From NCBI GenBank assembly GCA_009773185.1, contig WPIF01000006.1, positions 14,677 to 78,676 of the forward strand: a stretch of 64,000 nt of DNA. Direction: 5' to 3'. The DNA is from Nitrospirota bacterium. Lineage in GTDB: Bacteria > Nitrospirota > Thermodesulfovibrionia > Thermodesulfovibrionales > UBA1546. Below are positions 1 through 7,285 of this stretch, piece by piece. The notes beneath the pieces were generated by a model. It saw only the letters and a program-made list of their open reading frames with translations, was not told where the DNA came from and ran no database searches. Numbering within the stretch: position 1 is the stretch's first letter; the number at the start of each line of letters is the position of its first letter. A program made the translations under genes and the position numbers.

Positions 1-243
1 TTTTCGGAAATATTAAATGCAGTCAAATACAGCGGGAACCATTACACGGTCCTGCGCGGCAAAAAACCTATTGCCTTTATTAGCCCTGCTGAGGAACATG
101 TAAAGGAGAGAACACTGGGCGAGTTAAAGGGTTTACTGGCAAAACTTCCGCATCTCGGCGAGGAGGCAGACTATTTCGAGAAAGACTTAAAAAAGATTAT
201 AAAGCGTCAGCCACCTATGCCTGAGAAAAGCCGATGGGCGTAA
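1..243 (+). CDS. Phd/YefM-like antitoxin, 5'-truncated by the window edge
   Basis: Frame-1 ORF is open from nt 1 to TAA 241-243. Its stop overlaps the ATG (234) of the downstream PIN toxin, the classic antitoxin-toxin layout. Confidence 0.55.
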   Translation, partial: FSEILNAVKYSGNHYTVLRGKKPIAFISPAEEHVKERTLGELKGLLAKLPHLGEEADYFEKDLKKIIKRQPPMPEKSRWA

Positions 244-635
244 TATTCGATACCAGCGTTCTGATTGCCATAGAGCGCGGCTCATTCCGGATTGAAAAAC
301 TCGTAGAAGGCCGGGAAGGCGAAAAATTCGGGATTAGCGTGATAACAGTATCAGAGCTTTTGCATGGCGTGCACAGGGCTGATTCCGAGAAAAGAAGGTT
401 GAAGAGGGAAGCCTTTGTTGAAAAAATCATAGAGACTTTTCCCATATATAATTTTGATTTAAGCGCCGCAAGGATTTATGCAAGGGTTTGGGCAACACTT
501 GCAAAGAAAGGAATAAATATCGGGGCCCATGACCTCATTATTGCCGCCACTGCTGTTTCACTCGGTTTTTCAGTCGTGACATCTGACATGAGGGATTACA
601 GCAAGATCAAGGGGCTGAAGGTTGAAAATTTTTAA
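234..635 (+). CDS. vapC: VapC-type PIN-domain toxin
   Basis: 133 aa. N-terminal MGVIFDTSVLI (PIN acidic motif), internal DLIIAATA, C-terminal VVTSD. Overlaps the upstream antitoxin. Confidence 0.85.
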   Translation: MGVIFDTSVLIAIERGSFRIEKLVEGREGEKFGISVITVSELLHGVHRADSEKRRLKREAFVEKIIETFPIYNFDLSAARIYARVWATLAKKGINIGAHDLIIAATAVSLGFSVVTSDMRDYSKIKGLKVENF

Positions 636-739
636 AGGTTTTAGGAAATTATTGCGGCTTCCACCGGCAAAGACAAAGTCATCTGAAAGCCACTTGCAAT
701 ATCTGCCATTGTAGTGTATTGTAATACAGGAGGTGCTTT

Positions 740-958
740 ATGAGAACAGTATTGTCCGTCAGCCTGCCGGAAAACATGTCCGAGGAACTCGATAGATTCG
801 CAAAAACTACAGGACGCAACAAAAGCGACATCGTGAAGGAATCCCTGAGCATGTTTCTGTGGGAAACAAAGCTCAAGGCAGTTCAGAAAAGGCTCGGCCC
901 AAAGGCAAAAAAGCTGGGTATTGTCAGTGAAGAGGATGTTTTTAAAGCGATCTCATGA
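740..958 (+). CDS. CopG/RHH-family antitoxin (module 1)
   Basis: 72 aa. A beta-strand-like LSVSLPENMSEELDRFAK N-terminus is typical of ribbon-helix-helix. SD GGAGG lies upstream. ATGA overlap with the PIN gene at 955-958. Confidence 0.75.
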   Translation: MRTVLSVSLPENMSEELDRFAKTTGRNKSDIVKESLSMFLWETKLKAVQKRLGPKAKKLGIVSEEDVFKAIS

Positions 959-1356
959 TTGCCGTATTTGATACTAATGTACTTATTGCGGCAATCATCA
1001 CTGAGGGGGTTTGCTCGAAATTATTGCACAGGGCCCGCAGCCGGGAATTTTCGCTCGTCTCATGCCCGTTCATCATGACCGAAATCCGGCGCACCCTCTC
1101 AAAGAAATTTAGCCTTTCACATGATGAAACCGCCTCGGCAATAGAGCCAATCGGTGAGGCCATTGACCATATCCTTAGGCACAACATAAAAATTACGGAC
1201 ATCTGCCGGGATGCGGATGACGACAATGTTCTCGCCTGCGCCCTCGCAGCAAAGGCTACTTATCTTGTAACAGGAGATGCCGATCTGCTGGCGCTGAAAA
1301 ACTTTAGAGGCGTCAAAATCATCACTCCAAGGGACTTTGAGGCGTTGTTTGATTAA
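955..1356 (+). CDS. PIN-domain toxin (PIN_3-like, module 1)
   Basis: 133 aa. MIAVFDTNVLIAAI..., CRDADDDNVLACA, LVTGDADLL. Paralogue of 6672-7070. Confidence 0.8.
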   Translation: MIAVFDTNVLIAAIITEGVCSKLLHRARSREFSLVSCPFIMTEIRRTLSKKFSLSHDETASAIEPIGEAIDHILRHNIKITDICRDADDDNVLACALAAKATYLVTGDADLLALKNFRGVKIITPRDFEALFD

Positions 1357-1380
1357 CTCCTGATTGCCGCGCTTCGGCTC

Positions 1381-1536
1381 TTGCTAACTTTTTGCTTTCT
1401 GCCCTCCGCACTTTCGCGCTTCCGAACTATTGCACTATTGCGCTATGGACTACGGGACTATATGTAATTATGGAGGTTCAACCTCAATAGAATCTCATTG
1501 CACTTTTGACTTCTGCTCTATTGGCTTGCTCGCTGG
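1381..1536. repeat. Degenerate or fragmented copy of the inter-cassette repeat family (copy A)
   Basis: Shares word blocks with copies B and C in gene-relative orientation: CACTTTTGAC..CTGCTCTATTGGCTT, CTATTGCACTAT(T/G)G and TTGCTTTC. The order is rearranged or truncated. Confidence 0.5.
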
Positions 1537-1635
1537 ATTAAGAGATGAACATAAAGCCGCATGAGAAGTGGTGTGCGAATGTAGAAAATAGGATGTGTTG
1601 TACTAGCTCATTAATTCTCCTGATCATTTCTATCT

Positions 1636-1690
1636 AGTTCCCATATTGTGAACTTTTTTACTTGACAAACTATGGGAACTTACTTAAAAT
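1636..1690 (+). promoter_or_regulatory. Sigma-70-type promoter with operator palindrome for the higB operon
   Basis: TTGACA (1662-1667), 17 nt, TAAAAT (1685-1690). A perfect 10-bp inverted repeat AGTTCCCATA (1636-1645) / TATGGGAACT (1671-1680) brackets the -35. Confidence 0.55.
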
Positions 1691-1735
1691 GTCTAAAGAT
1701 GTTATTTATCCTTTATAAATTTTCATGGAGTCTTA

Positions 1736-2020
1736 ATGGTTCTTTTAGGCCGGGAAAAACTGGAGCAATTCACTCAGAAACATACGAATGCTCGTAATTG
1801 GATTCAAACGTGGCTTGCAGAGGTCGAAAATGTTAAGTGGCAAGAACCGCAAGACATTAAGAAGCGATATGCGAAGGCGAGTTTTTTAGCCGATAATGTT
1901 GTTATTTTTGATGTAAAAGGGTCTGCTTACAGGCTAGAGGTACAGGTGGCATATAACACAGGAAAAGTTATCGTGAAATGGGCAGGAACCCATGCAGAAT
2001 ATGACAAAAGGCATAAATGA
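1736..2020 (+). CDS. higB: HigB-family (RelE-fold) toxin
   Basis: 94 aa. The pattern ...W..P.D.K..Y..AS.L..N.V.F...G..YRL...V.Y......V.W.GTHAEYDK matches the HigB_toxin family as I remember it. Confidence 0.85.
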   Translation: MVLLGREKLEQFTQKHTNARNWIQTWLAEVENVKWQEPQDIKKRYAKASFLADNVVIFDVKGSAYRLEVQVAYNTGKVIVKWAGTHAEYDKRHK

Positions 2021-3237
2021 GGGGGAAGATGGAATCGAAAATTATTAATACCGAAGAAGATTATAGAAAATCACTTGAAGAAGTGGAACGCCTCATTGCA
2101 CATGATCCAAAACCCGGAACTCCAGAAGCGGCGCGCTTGGAACTTTTAGCAAAGTCATTGGCGATTTATGAAAAAGAGCATTTTCATTTTGAATTGCCTG
2201 ACCCTATAGAAGCAATCCGATTTAGAATGGAAGAGCAAGGATTGATGCAAAGAGATTTAGTTCCGTACATTGGTAGCAAAAGCAAAGTCTCTGAAATTCT
2301 ATCTCGCAAGCGCCCTCTCACTATCCAAATGATTCGCGCATTACATACTGGCTTAGGCATCCCGGCTGAAGTTTTATTGCAGGAGCCAAAAAAGATACAA
2401 CATGATAAATGCCAAGATATTGCTCTCGACTGGGAAAAATTTCCTATTGACGAAATAGTCAAGCGCGGCTGGATAAAGACTAGTGTTAAGAGTATTCGCA
2501 AACATGCGGCAGAACTCATGCAGGAGTTTCTTTCGCCTATAGGAGGAGAGTTCCCCGCGGGAGCACTATGTCGACGCAGCAAGAAGGAAATGGATATATA
2601 CGCGCTATTAGCTTGGACAGCCCGCGTGCTTATTCGCGCCGCCAAAGAATGTTGCTCGCAGGAGTATAAGCATAGCACTGTCACAAAGGAATTTATGCGG
2701 GAAGTAGCTCGCTTGAGCTGGTCTAACAGAGGACCGCTGCTTGCGCAGGAATTCTTGGCGAATCATGGCATTGCTTTGATTATCGAGCCACACTTAGCAA
2801 AGACAGCTATGGATGGTGGCGCCATGATGAGCCGTCGGGGGCCAGCCATTGGGTTAACACTTAGGTATGACCGCATTGACAGTTTTTGGTTTACTCTTAT
2901 CCACGAACTTGTACATGTAGCCAAACATCTTAAGGATGACGGCGATATTTATATTGATGATCTTGACTCGAAATTCGACGATCCAAATGAGATAGAAGCT
3001 GATTTATTGTCTGGCGATGTTTTAATACCCCAAAAAATATGGAAAACGAGCCGTGCCAATATTCAAAAGACAGACGACGCAATAAATGAACTTGCCAAAC
3101 AACTCGGCATACATCCAGCAATAGTCGCAGGCAAAATTCGGTATGAAAATAAAAATTATACAATACTTAATGATTTGGTTGGTCACAAACAAGTTAGAAA
3201 ACTATTTGCTACTACATCGGGGATAACAGATGTTTAA
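2017..3237 (+). CDS. HigA-type HTH antitoxin fused to an ImmA/IrrE (M78) metallopeptidase domain
   Basis: 406 aa. Residues 1-~125 look like a complete HigA (EDYRKSLEEVERL..., PDPIEAIRFRMEEQGLMQRDL..., IRALHTGLGIPAEVLLQ). The C-terminal half has FTLIHELVHV (HExxH, nt 2902-2916) and a downstream EIEAD. ATGA overlap with higB. An alternative start ATG 2029 sits behind a GAGGGGGA SD. Confidence 0.8.
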   Translation: MRGKMESKIINTEEDYRKSLEEVERLIAHDPKPGTPEAARLELLAKSLAIYEKEHFHFELPDPIEAIRFRMEEQGLMQRDLVPYIGSKSKVSEILSRKRPLTIQMIRALHTGLGIPAEVLLQEPKKIQHDKCQDIALDWEKFPIDEIVKRGWIKTSVKSIRKHAAELMQEFLSPIGGEFPAGALCRRSKKEMDIYALLAWTARVLIRAAKECCSQEYKHSTVTKEFMREVARLSWSNRGPLLAQEFLANHGIALIIEPHLAKTAMDGGAMMSRRGPAIGLTLRYDRIDSFWFTLIHELVHVAKHLKDDGDIYIDDLDSKFDDPNEIEADLLSGDVLIPQKIWKTSRANIQKTDDAINELAKQLGIHPAIVAGKIRYENKNYTILNDLVGHKQVRKLFATTSGITDV

Positions 3238-4315
3238 TCATTTACATTACGTGCCTATTCTGAAAAGTAAAAGGGCCGAATTTGTTGCCCTTGGACAGCT
3301 TGCAGCCGATATCAAAACCAAGTTGACGCCCATGATTGAGGTAATAACAGTCCCATGGGATTTTGCAAAGGACCTCCCTAGAAAAACTCTTAAATCCCAT
3401 ATTGATGGTGTAATCGAATATATTGCAAAATCATGGCCTAATGATTTGCCAATGTTTCTTGACCTGCTTTATGTTGCTTCGAGGAATGAGATTATTGCGG
3501 ACAAGCATTGTTTAATATATTGCTTCGAAGCTCTGCGCGTTTATAAACAGATGGTAATCCCTGTAACGAATATAGATCGAGATGAAAATTATCAAGAAGC
3601 TCTCAAGTCAATATTAAGAAAAGATAAAAGAGGCCTCTGTGTTCGAATACAACAAACTGATCTCGACGACTTGGATAATTTATCTAACGCCATCGACACC
3701 TTATTAGGCAAGTTCGATTTGGCACCCAACGATTGTGATATCGTCCTTGATTTTCAAGCACTCCCGCTTCAGGAAGTGAGTGATCCTGTCGCATATATTT
3801 CAAATATAATCAGAACATTTCCCAACATAAAAAAATGGCACAGCTTTACAGTAGCCGCATCAAACTTCCCCAAAATCCCTGCTATGGTAGCTAATTCTAC
3901 CAAACTAATTTCACGGGAAGAATTCATCATCTGGAATGAGATAATAAAAAATGGGAGGCTTCCGAAATTGCCTTCCTTTGGGGATTACGCCATTCAACAC
4001 CCTGATTTAGAAGATGTTGATTTTCGAACACGAAAGATTCCGGTGAGCTTAAGGTATGCTACACCGACTCAGTGGCTGGTTTACAAGGGTCGAGAGAAAA
4101 ATAAATTTGGACATGCACAATTCAATAAAATATGCAGTTCCTTAGTAAAAAGTAATGAATATTGTGGCGCAAGTTTCAGTGAAGGCGATAGCTATATAAG
4201 CCGCTGCGCAAAGAACTCTGACGGGCCAGGTAGGCCAGAAGAATGGAGACGCGCCGGTTTCAACCATCACATGACACTTGTTGTGAAACAACTCTCCAAT
4301 TTTGGCGAGCCTTAA
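3230..4315 (+). CDS. Phage 'Beta protein' family (PF14350-like / sce7725-like) protein
   Basis: 361 aa. The N-terminal HYVPILKSKRAEFVAL is the family's hallmark as I recall it. Has an 8-nt start/stop overlap with the upstream gene. Assignment is from memory, not from a search. Confidence 0.55.
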   Translation: MFNHLHYVPILKSKRAEFVALGQLAADIKTKLTPMIEVITVPWDFAKDLPRKTLKSHIDGVIEYIAKSWPNDLPMFLDLLYVASRNEIIADKHCLIYCFEALRVYKQMVIPVTNIDRDENYQEALKSILRKDKRGLCVRIQQTDLDDLDNLSNAIDTLLGKFDLAPNDCDIVLDFQALPLQEVSDPVAYISNIIRTFPNIKKWHSFTVAASNFPKIPAMVANSTKLISREEFIIWNEIIKNGRLPKLPSFGDYAIQHPDLEDVDFRTRKIPVSLRYATPTQWLVYKGREKNKFGHAQFNKICSSLVKSNEYCGASFSEGDSYISRCAKNSDGPGRPEEWRRAGFNHHMTLVVKQLSNFGEP

Positions 4316-4850
4316 TTCGGTCTCTAATCTCTTTTTTCAATTCGCGAATAGATATATTTTGAACAAGCCTGTTCCACAGAATATTTCGCGACCTATTTAT
4401 TAATCCCCTATGAAAGTTACGCTCTCTCAAAATGTCGAGCGTTTCATTCCGCCATAAAAGTTGAACTAATTCATTCGGATTTACTTTTTTGTTTTTTTTG
4501 CAAGGGCGTATCTTTACCAGTTTTATTTGTCCGTTAATACATTGAACTTCACTAATGCCCCACCATCGAGGAACGGATTGCTTAATTTTATAAAGGTGAC
4601 GAGTGCAGGTCACAACTGTGACATAATCCAAAACCTTATTGTAAATATCCTGCTGTCCAGAGAGCCTCTTTAAAGTGTCTTTTTCGCTCTTGATCTCATA
4701 TCCATGAATAGACCCATTAACTACAGCTACATCGACGCGCGCATTCCCTTGGCAAAGTCCCATTTCTTCTATGACAAGTGTATTCGAATCGCCGCCATAC
4801 TTCTGTCGAAGAGTATGAAGCAAAATGTTCCGAATATCTATATCTCGCAT
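4260..4850 (-). CDS. PD-(D/E)xK-like nuclease-fold protein, 'sce7726-family'-like
   Basis: Core EEMGLCQGNARVDVAVVNGSIHGYEIKSEKD (D...E-x-K), then RWWG and QLLWRNE motifs. I chose ATG 4850 (MRDIDIRN, AAGG SD) rather than the ORF-track start 4895, because a promoter-like element lies at 4886-4894. Confidence 0.55.
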   Translation of the reverse strand: MRDIDIRNILLHTLRQKYGGDSNTLVIEEMGLCQGNARVDVAVVNGSIHGYEIKSEKDTLKRLSGQQDIYNKVLDYVTVVTCTRHLYKIKQSVPRWWGISEVQCINGQIKLVKIRPCKKNKKVNPNELVQLLWRNETLDILRERNFHRGLINRSRNILWNRLVQNISIRELKKEIRDRIKARQNWRVVSQQVSCDG

Positions 4851-4885
4851 AAATACCTTATGCAACTTCTCATTGTACGGAATAA

Positions 4886-4894
4886 AGTATACCA
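4886..4894 (-). promoter_or_regulatory. Extended -10 (TGGTATACT) for the sce7726-like gene
   Basis: The minus strand reads TGGTATACT about 36 nt upstream of ATG 4850. Confidence 0.4.
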
Positions 4895-5084
4895 AATTCC
4901 AAATAAAAATAACTATTAGCCAATGTAAGGACAGTGACCGGTTTTTTCACTTAGATGTTCCAATCCCTCGACGACTCATTTCACGCAGGATTGCAGACTT
5001 CTACACGTACTCCGCAAACAATGCGATTTTCTATAGATGTTGACTTGATGGAGAAGTATGCAAAACCGCACAGTCACAATTAAT

Positions 5085-5103
5085 AATGAAGGACGGCTTC
5101 ATT
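5085..5103 (-). terminator. Hairpin immediately downstream of the 176-aa ORF
   Basis: AATGAAG-gacgg-CTTCATT, a 7-bp stem starting 5 nt after the stop. No clear U-tract on the minus strand. Confidence 0.3.
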
Positions 5104-5107
5104 TTGT

Positions 5108-5638
5108 TTAAGGTAATTTTGCACTCAAGCCAGAATTTGGGCCGCGCGGAACACCAAAGGCTGTATCAGTGCCAACATTAGCACGGAGGTCATTGAGCAA
5201 TGCCTGTGGACTGATTGCTGTCCCGATTTTGGCTTCAGACTCAGGGCTTGGATTACTGACGGGCTTTGCCCGGTAAATTATTAAACTCGATATATTGTCT
5301 CGGATTGCACGGAGACAAAGACCACGGAGGTAAAAGCGATTGAACTCACCTTCAGCAAGCATATCGGGAGCTTTTTCATTCATTTTTGCAGTGATTATTT
5401 TTCCTTTTACATTCCGTTCTTCAGTTGGATTGAATTTATTGCCTGAACGGAGTTGTGAGGTTAACCATGAATCATCATATTTTTCTGCTGCCTCTTTTAG
5501 TAATTGAGGATATTCTTGCTGTCCAATTACATTTAGTCTTTTGCTGGCGTGGAGTTTGCCAGTTTTAATGTCACCATTAATTTCCTCTAACATCAGTTCA
5601 CGAGTTGCACTGTCAAGATTCACAAGGCTGAATGCCAT
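5108..5638 (-). CDS. Hypothetical protein, no family recognised
   Basis: 176-aa ORF with an AAGGAGG SD. It is preceded by the repeat-borne extended -10 at 5711-5719. Confidence 0.5.
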   Translation of the reverse strand: MAFSLVNLDSATRELMLEEINGDIKTGKLHASKRLNVIGQQEYPQLLKEAAEKYDDSWLTSQLRSGNKFNPTEERNVKGKIITAKMNEKAPDMLAEGEFNRFYLRGLCLRAIRDNISSLIIYRAKPVSNPSPESEAKIGTAISPQALLNDLRANVGTDTAFGVPRGPNSGLSAKLP

Positions 5639-5700
5639 ATTGGCCTCCTTTTTGGGGGTTAATATTGGGTTATCTATTTACACACAACATTATCTTTATA

Positions 5701-5832
5701 TTGCTGCCGAATTATAACAAGACAGCTCGGAAGCAAGCAAGCGAGGAAGCCTAAACTGCGAGGGTTCAAGGGTTCAGCAAAAGCAACAGAGAATAAGCGC
5801 AAAAGTCAAAAGTGCCATAGTTCCATAGGGCG
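5701..5832. repeat. Inter-cassette repeat copy B (carries an outward TGTTATAAT on the minus strand)
   Basis: Collinear with copy C: ATTATAACAA, ~50 nt, AGGGTTCAAGGG, ~8 nt, AAGCAACAGAG, ~15 nt, CAAAAGTG. It lies directly 3' of vapC (5845) and 5' of ORF 5638. Confidence 0.75.
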
Positions 5833-5844
5833 ACGGTACACAAG

Positions 5845-6261
5845 TTATACAAAAGCAACTTTAAAGTCGAAAATATCCTTTATTGCCTGAAAATCTTTTT
5901 TGTTCTGGGTATAGACGACTGCGCCCATGCTTCTTGCTGAAGCTGCAATCAGGCAGTCATTTGTGATCGAGGCGGATTTTCTTATGTCGTATCCTTTGGC
6001 AGACTGGAGGCTGGAAATAATCTCGCCCGCCTTTTCATAATCTTTGACAGAGGGGGCGACGATTCTGTCAACGCGCCTGAAAAAATCAGAAAGCTCGTTG
6101 AATGCCCGCAAGGCTTCCTGTGTATGAACGCCTGCCCTGAGTTCCATAAGCACAACAGATGATAGATAGACTAAACCGTCTGACAGGAAAATTTCTTTAT
6201 GAAGGGAAGGGTTTGAGAAGCGGTCTATGAGGATGTTTGTGTCTACGAGCTTTTTAAGCAT
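5845..6261 (-). CDS. vapC: VapC-type PIN-domain toxin
   Basis: 138 aa. MLKKLVDTNILID..., ...NDCLIAASA... Has an 8-nt overlap with the upstream antitoxin. Confidence 0.85.
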   Translation of the reverse strand: MLKKLVDTNILIDRFSNPSLHKEIFLSDGLVYLSSVVLMELRAGVHTQEALRAFNELSDFFRRVDRIVAPSVKDYEKAGEIISSLQSAKGYDIRKSASITNDCLIAASARSMGAVVYTQNKKDFQAIKDIFDFKVAFV

Positions 6262-6451
6262 AGACCTTTTTTATCTTTGTCCCTCTGTGCTTTTCAAAAA
6301 TATTCTCAATCTCTATCTTGCCGCTTGCCATATCCAATGCCTTGTTTATTGCCTCTGCGTTGTCCTTTACCCTGAAAATTCTTTTAACGTTTTCGATGTC
6401 CCTCTTTTTAACTTCAAAGTGGTCTATTGTTATTACGTTTGCCTTTGACAT
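6254..6451 (-). CDS. VapB-like antitoxin
   Basis: 65 aa starting at ATG 6451 (MSKANV), 8 nt after a GGAGG SD. The ORF-track start 6469 would translate the SD itself. Overlaps the vapC start. Confidence 0.6.
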   Translation of the reverse strand: MSKANVITIDHFEVKKRDIENVKRIFRVKDNAEAINKALDMASGKIEIENIFEKHRGTKIKKVYA

Positions 6452-6537
6452 CTTAATCACCTCCTGCAAATTTAGCTCTTCAAATTAGTATATCAAAAAT
6501 AAGGTTCTTTTCTAACATTTCCCTCTCCCAAAACCTG

Positions 6538-6660
6538 CCAGCATTATAACAACCACAAGTGCCATAGTGCAATAGAGCATAAAGAAAGGGTTCGAGGAGT
6601 CGAGGGTTCAAGGGGTCTAGTGAAAGCAACAGAGCACATCAAAAGCTCAAAAGTGTCCGC
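6538..6660. repeat. Inter-cassette repeat copy C (carries an outward TGTTATAAT on the minus strand)
   Basis: See copy B. It sits between the PIN gene end (6672) and the vapB start (6451). The extended -10 is at 6543-6551. Confidence 0.75.
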
Positions 6661-6671
6661 AAACGAGGAAT

Positions 6672-7070
6672 CTATCCTTTCAGCCTGCTCCAGAACTCTC
6701 TTGGGGTAACAATATCTATACCCTTGTATTTCTTTAAAACAAGAAGGTCCTCGTCCCCGGTTATGATAAATTCGGCATTGCCGCTCAATGCCGTCCCGAT
6801 TATTATGTTGTCATCCTTATCCCTGCATGGCGAGTCAGCAAGCTCACGAGGTTTAACCCTTTCAGCCTCATCTCTTAAATATCCGATGATATCCTTCACG
6901 ACACTCTCCGGAAGGCGCACTTTTTTTGTCAGGTTTATTTTTACTTCCGACAGGATATGTTCACTTATTACAATGCTGTGGCCTGAAAGGCAGACCTCAA
7001 AGACCTCGGAACAAAGTCCCCTTGCAGCAAATGCCGCGATAATGACATTGGAATCAAGAACAACCCTCAT
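6672..7070 (-). CDS. PIN-domain toxin (PIN_3-like, module 2)
   Basis: 132 aa. MRVVLDSNVIIAAF..., CRDKDDNIIIGTA, IITGDEDLL, IVTPREF. Paralogue of 955-1356. Confidence 0.8.
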   Translation of the reverse strand: MRVVLDSNVIIAAFAARGLCSEVFEVCLSGHSIVISEHILSEVKINLTKKVRLPESVVKDIIGYLRDEAERVKPRELADSPCRDKDDNIIIGTALSGNAEFIITGDEDLLVLKKYKGIDIVTPREFWSRLKG

Positions 7071-7285
7071 GAAATTGCTTTGAAAATATCCTCATCAGTA
7101 ATCAGGCCCTCTGCCTCGGCAAAAGGAAGGACCTTTTTCCTCAATTGCTGGAAACGCTTGACAGCAACATAACGGGCAATGGCATCTCTGATTATCTCGC
7201 TTTTAGAGGTCTTTTCTCTTTTAACAACAGTATTGAGTTCCTTTTGAAGCTTTTCAGGCAGTCTTATTGTTATTGTATCCTTCAT
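7067..7285 (-). CDS. CopG/RHH-family antitoxin (module 2)
   Basis: 72 aa starting at ATG 7285 (MKDTITIRLPEK), 7 nt after AAGGAGG. The C-terminus ITDEDIFKAIS parallels IVSEEDVFKAIS of module 1. ATGA overlap with the PIN gene. Confidence 0.75.
   Translation of the reverse strand: MKDTITIRLPEKLQKELNTVVKREKTSKSEIIRDAIARYVAVKRFQQLRKKVLPFAEAEGLITDEDIFKAIS

Noticed and set aside
2184-2684. Long antisense ORFs (e.g. 2184-2684, 14598-15086, 23033-23338, 52307-52777, 57423-57959, 60487-60825)
   Set aside because: Each lies entirely within a well-supported gene on the opposite strand. They lack SDs and have skewed Ser/Leu/Arg-rich composition, which is typical of shadow ORFs.
1357-6671. Integron-style cassette array, with the inter-cassette repeats acting as attC sites
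   Set aside because: The repeats lack the inverted R''/R' (RYYYAAC...GTTRRRY) cores and lack overall hairpin symmetry. No intI gene is present. The Xer-family recombinase at 49858 is 43 kb away and looks like a housekeeping gene.
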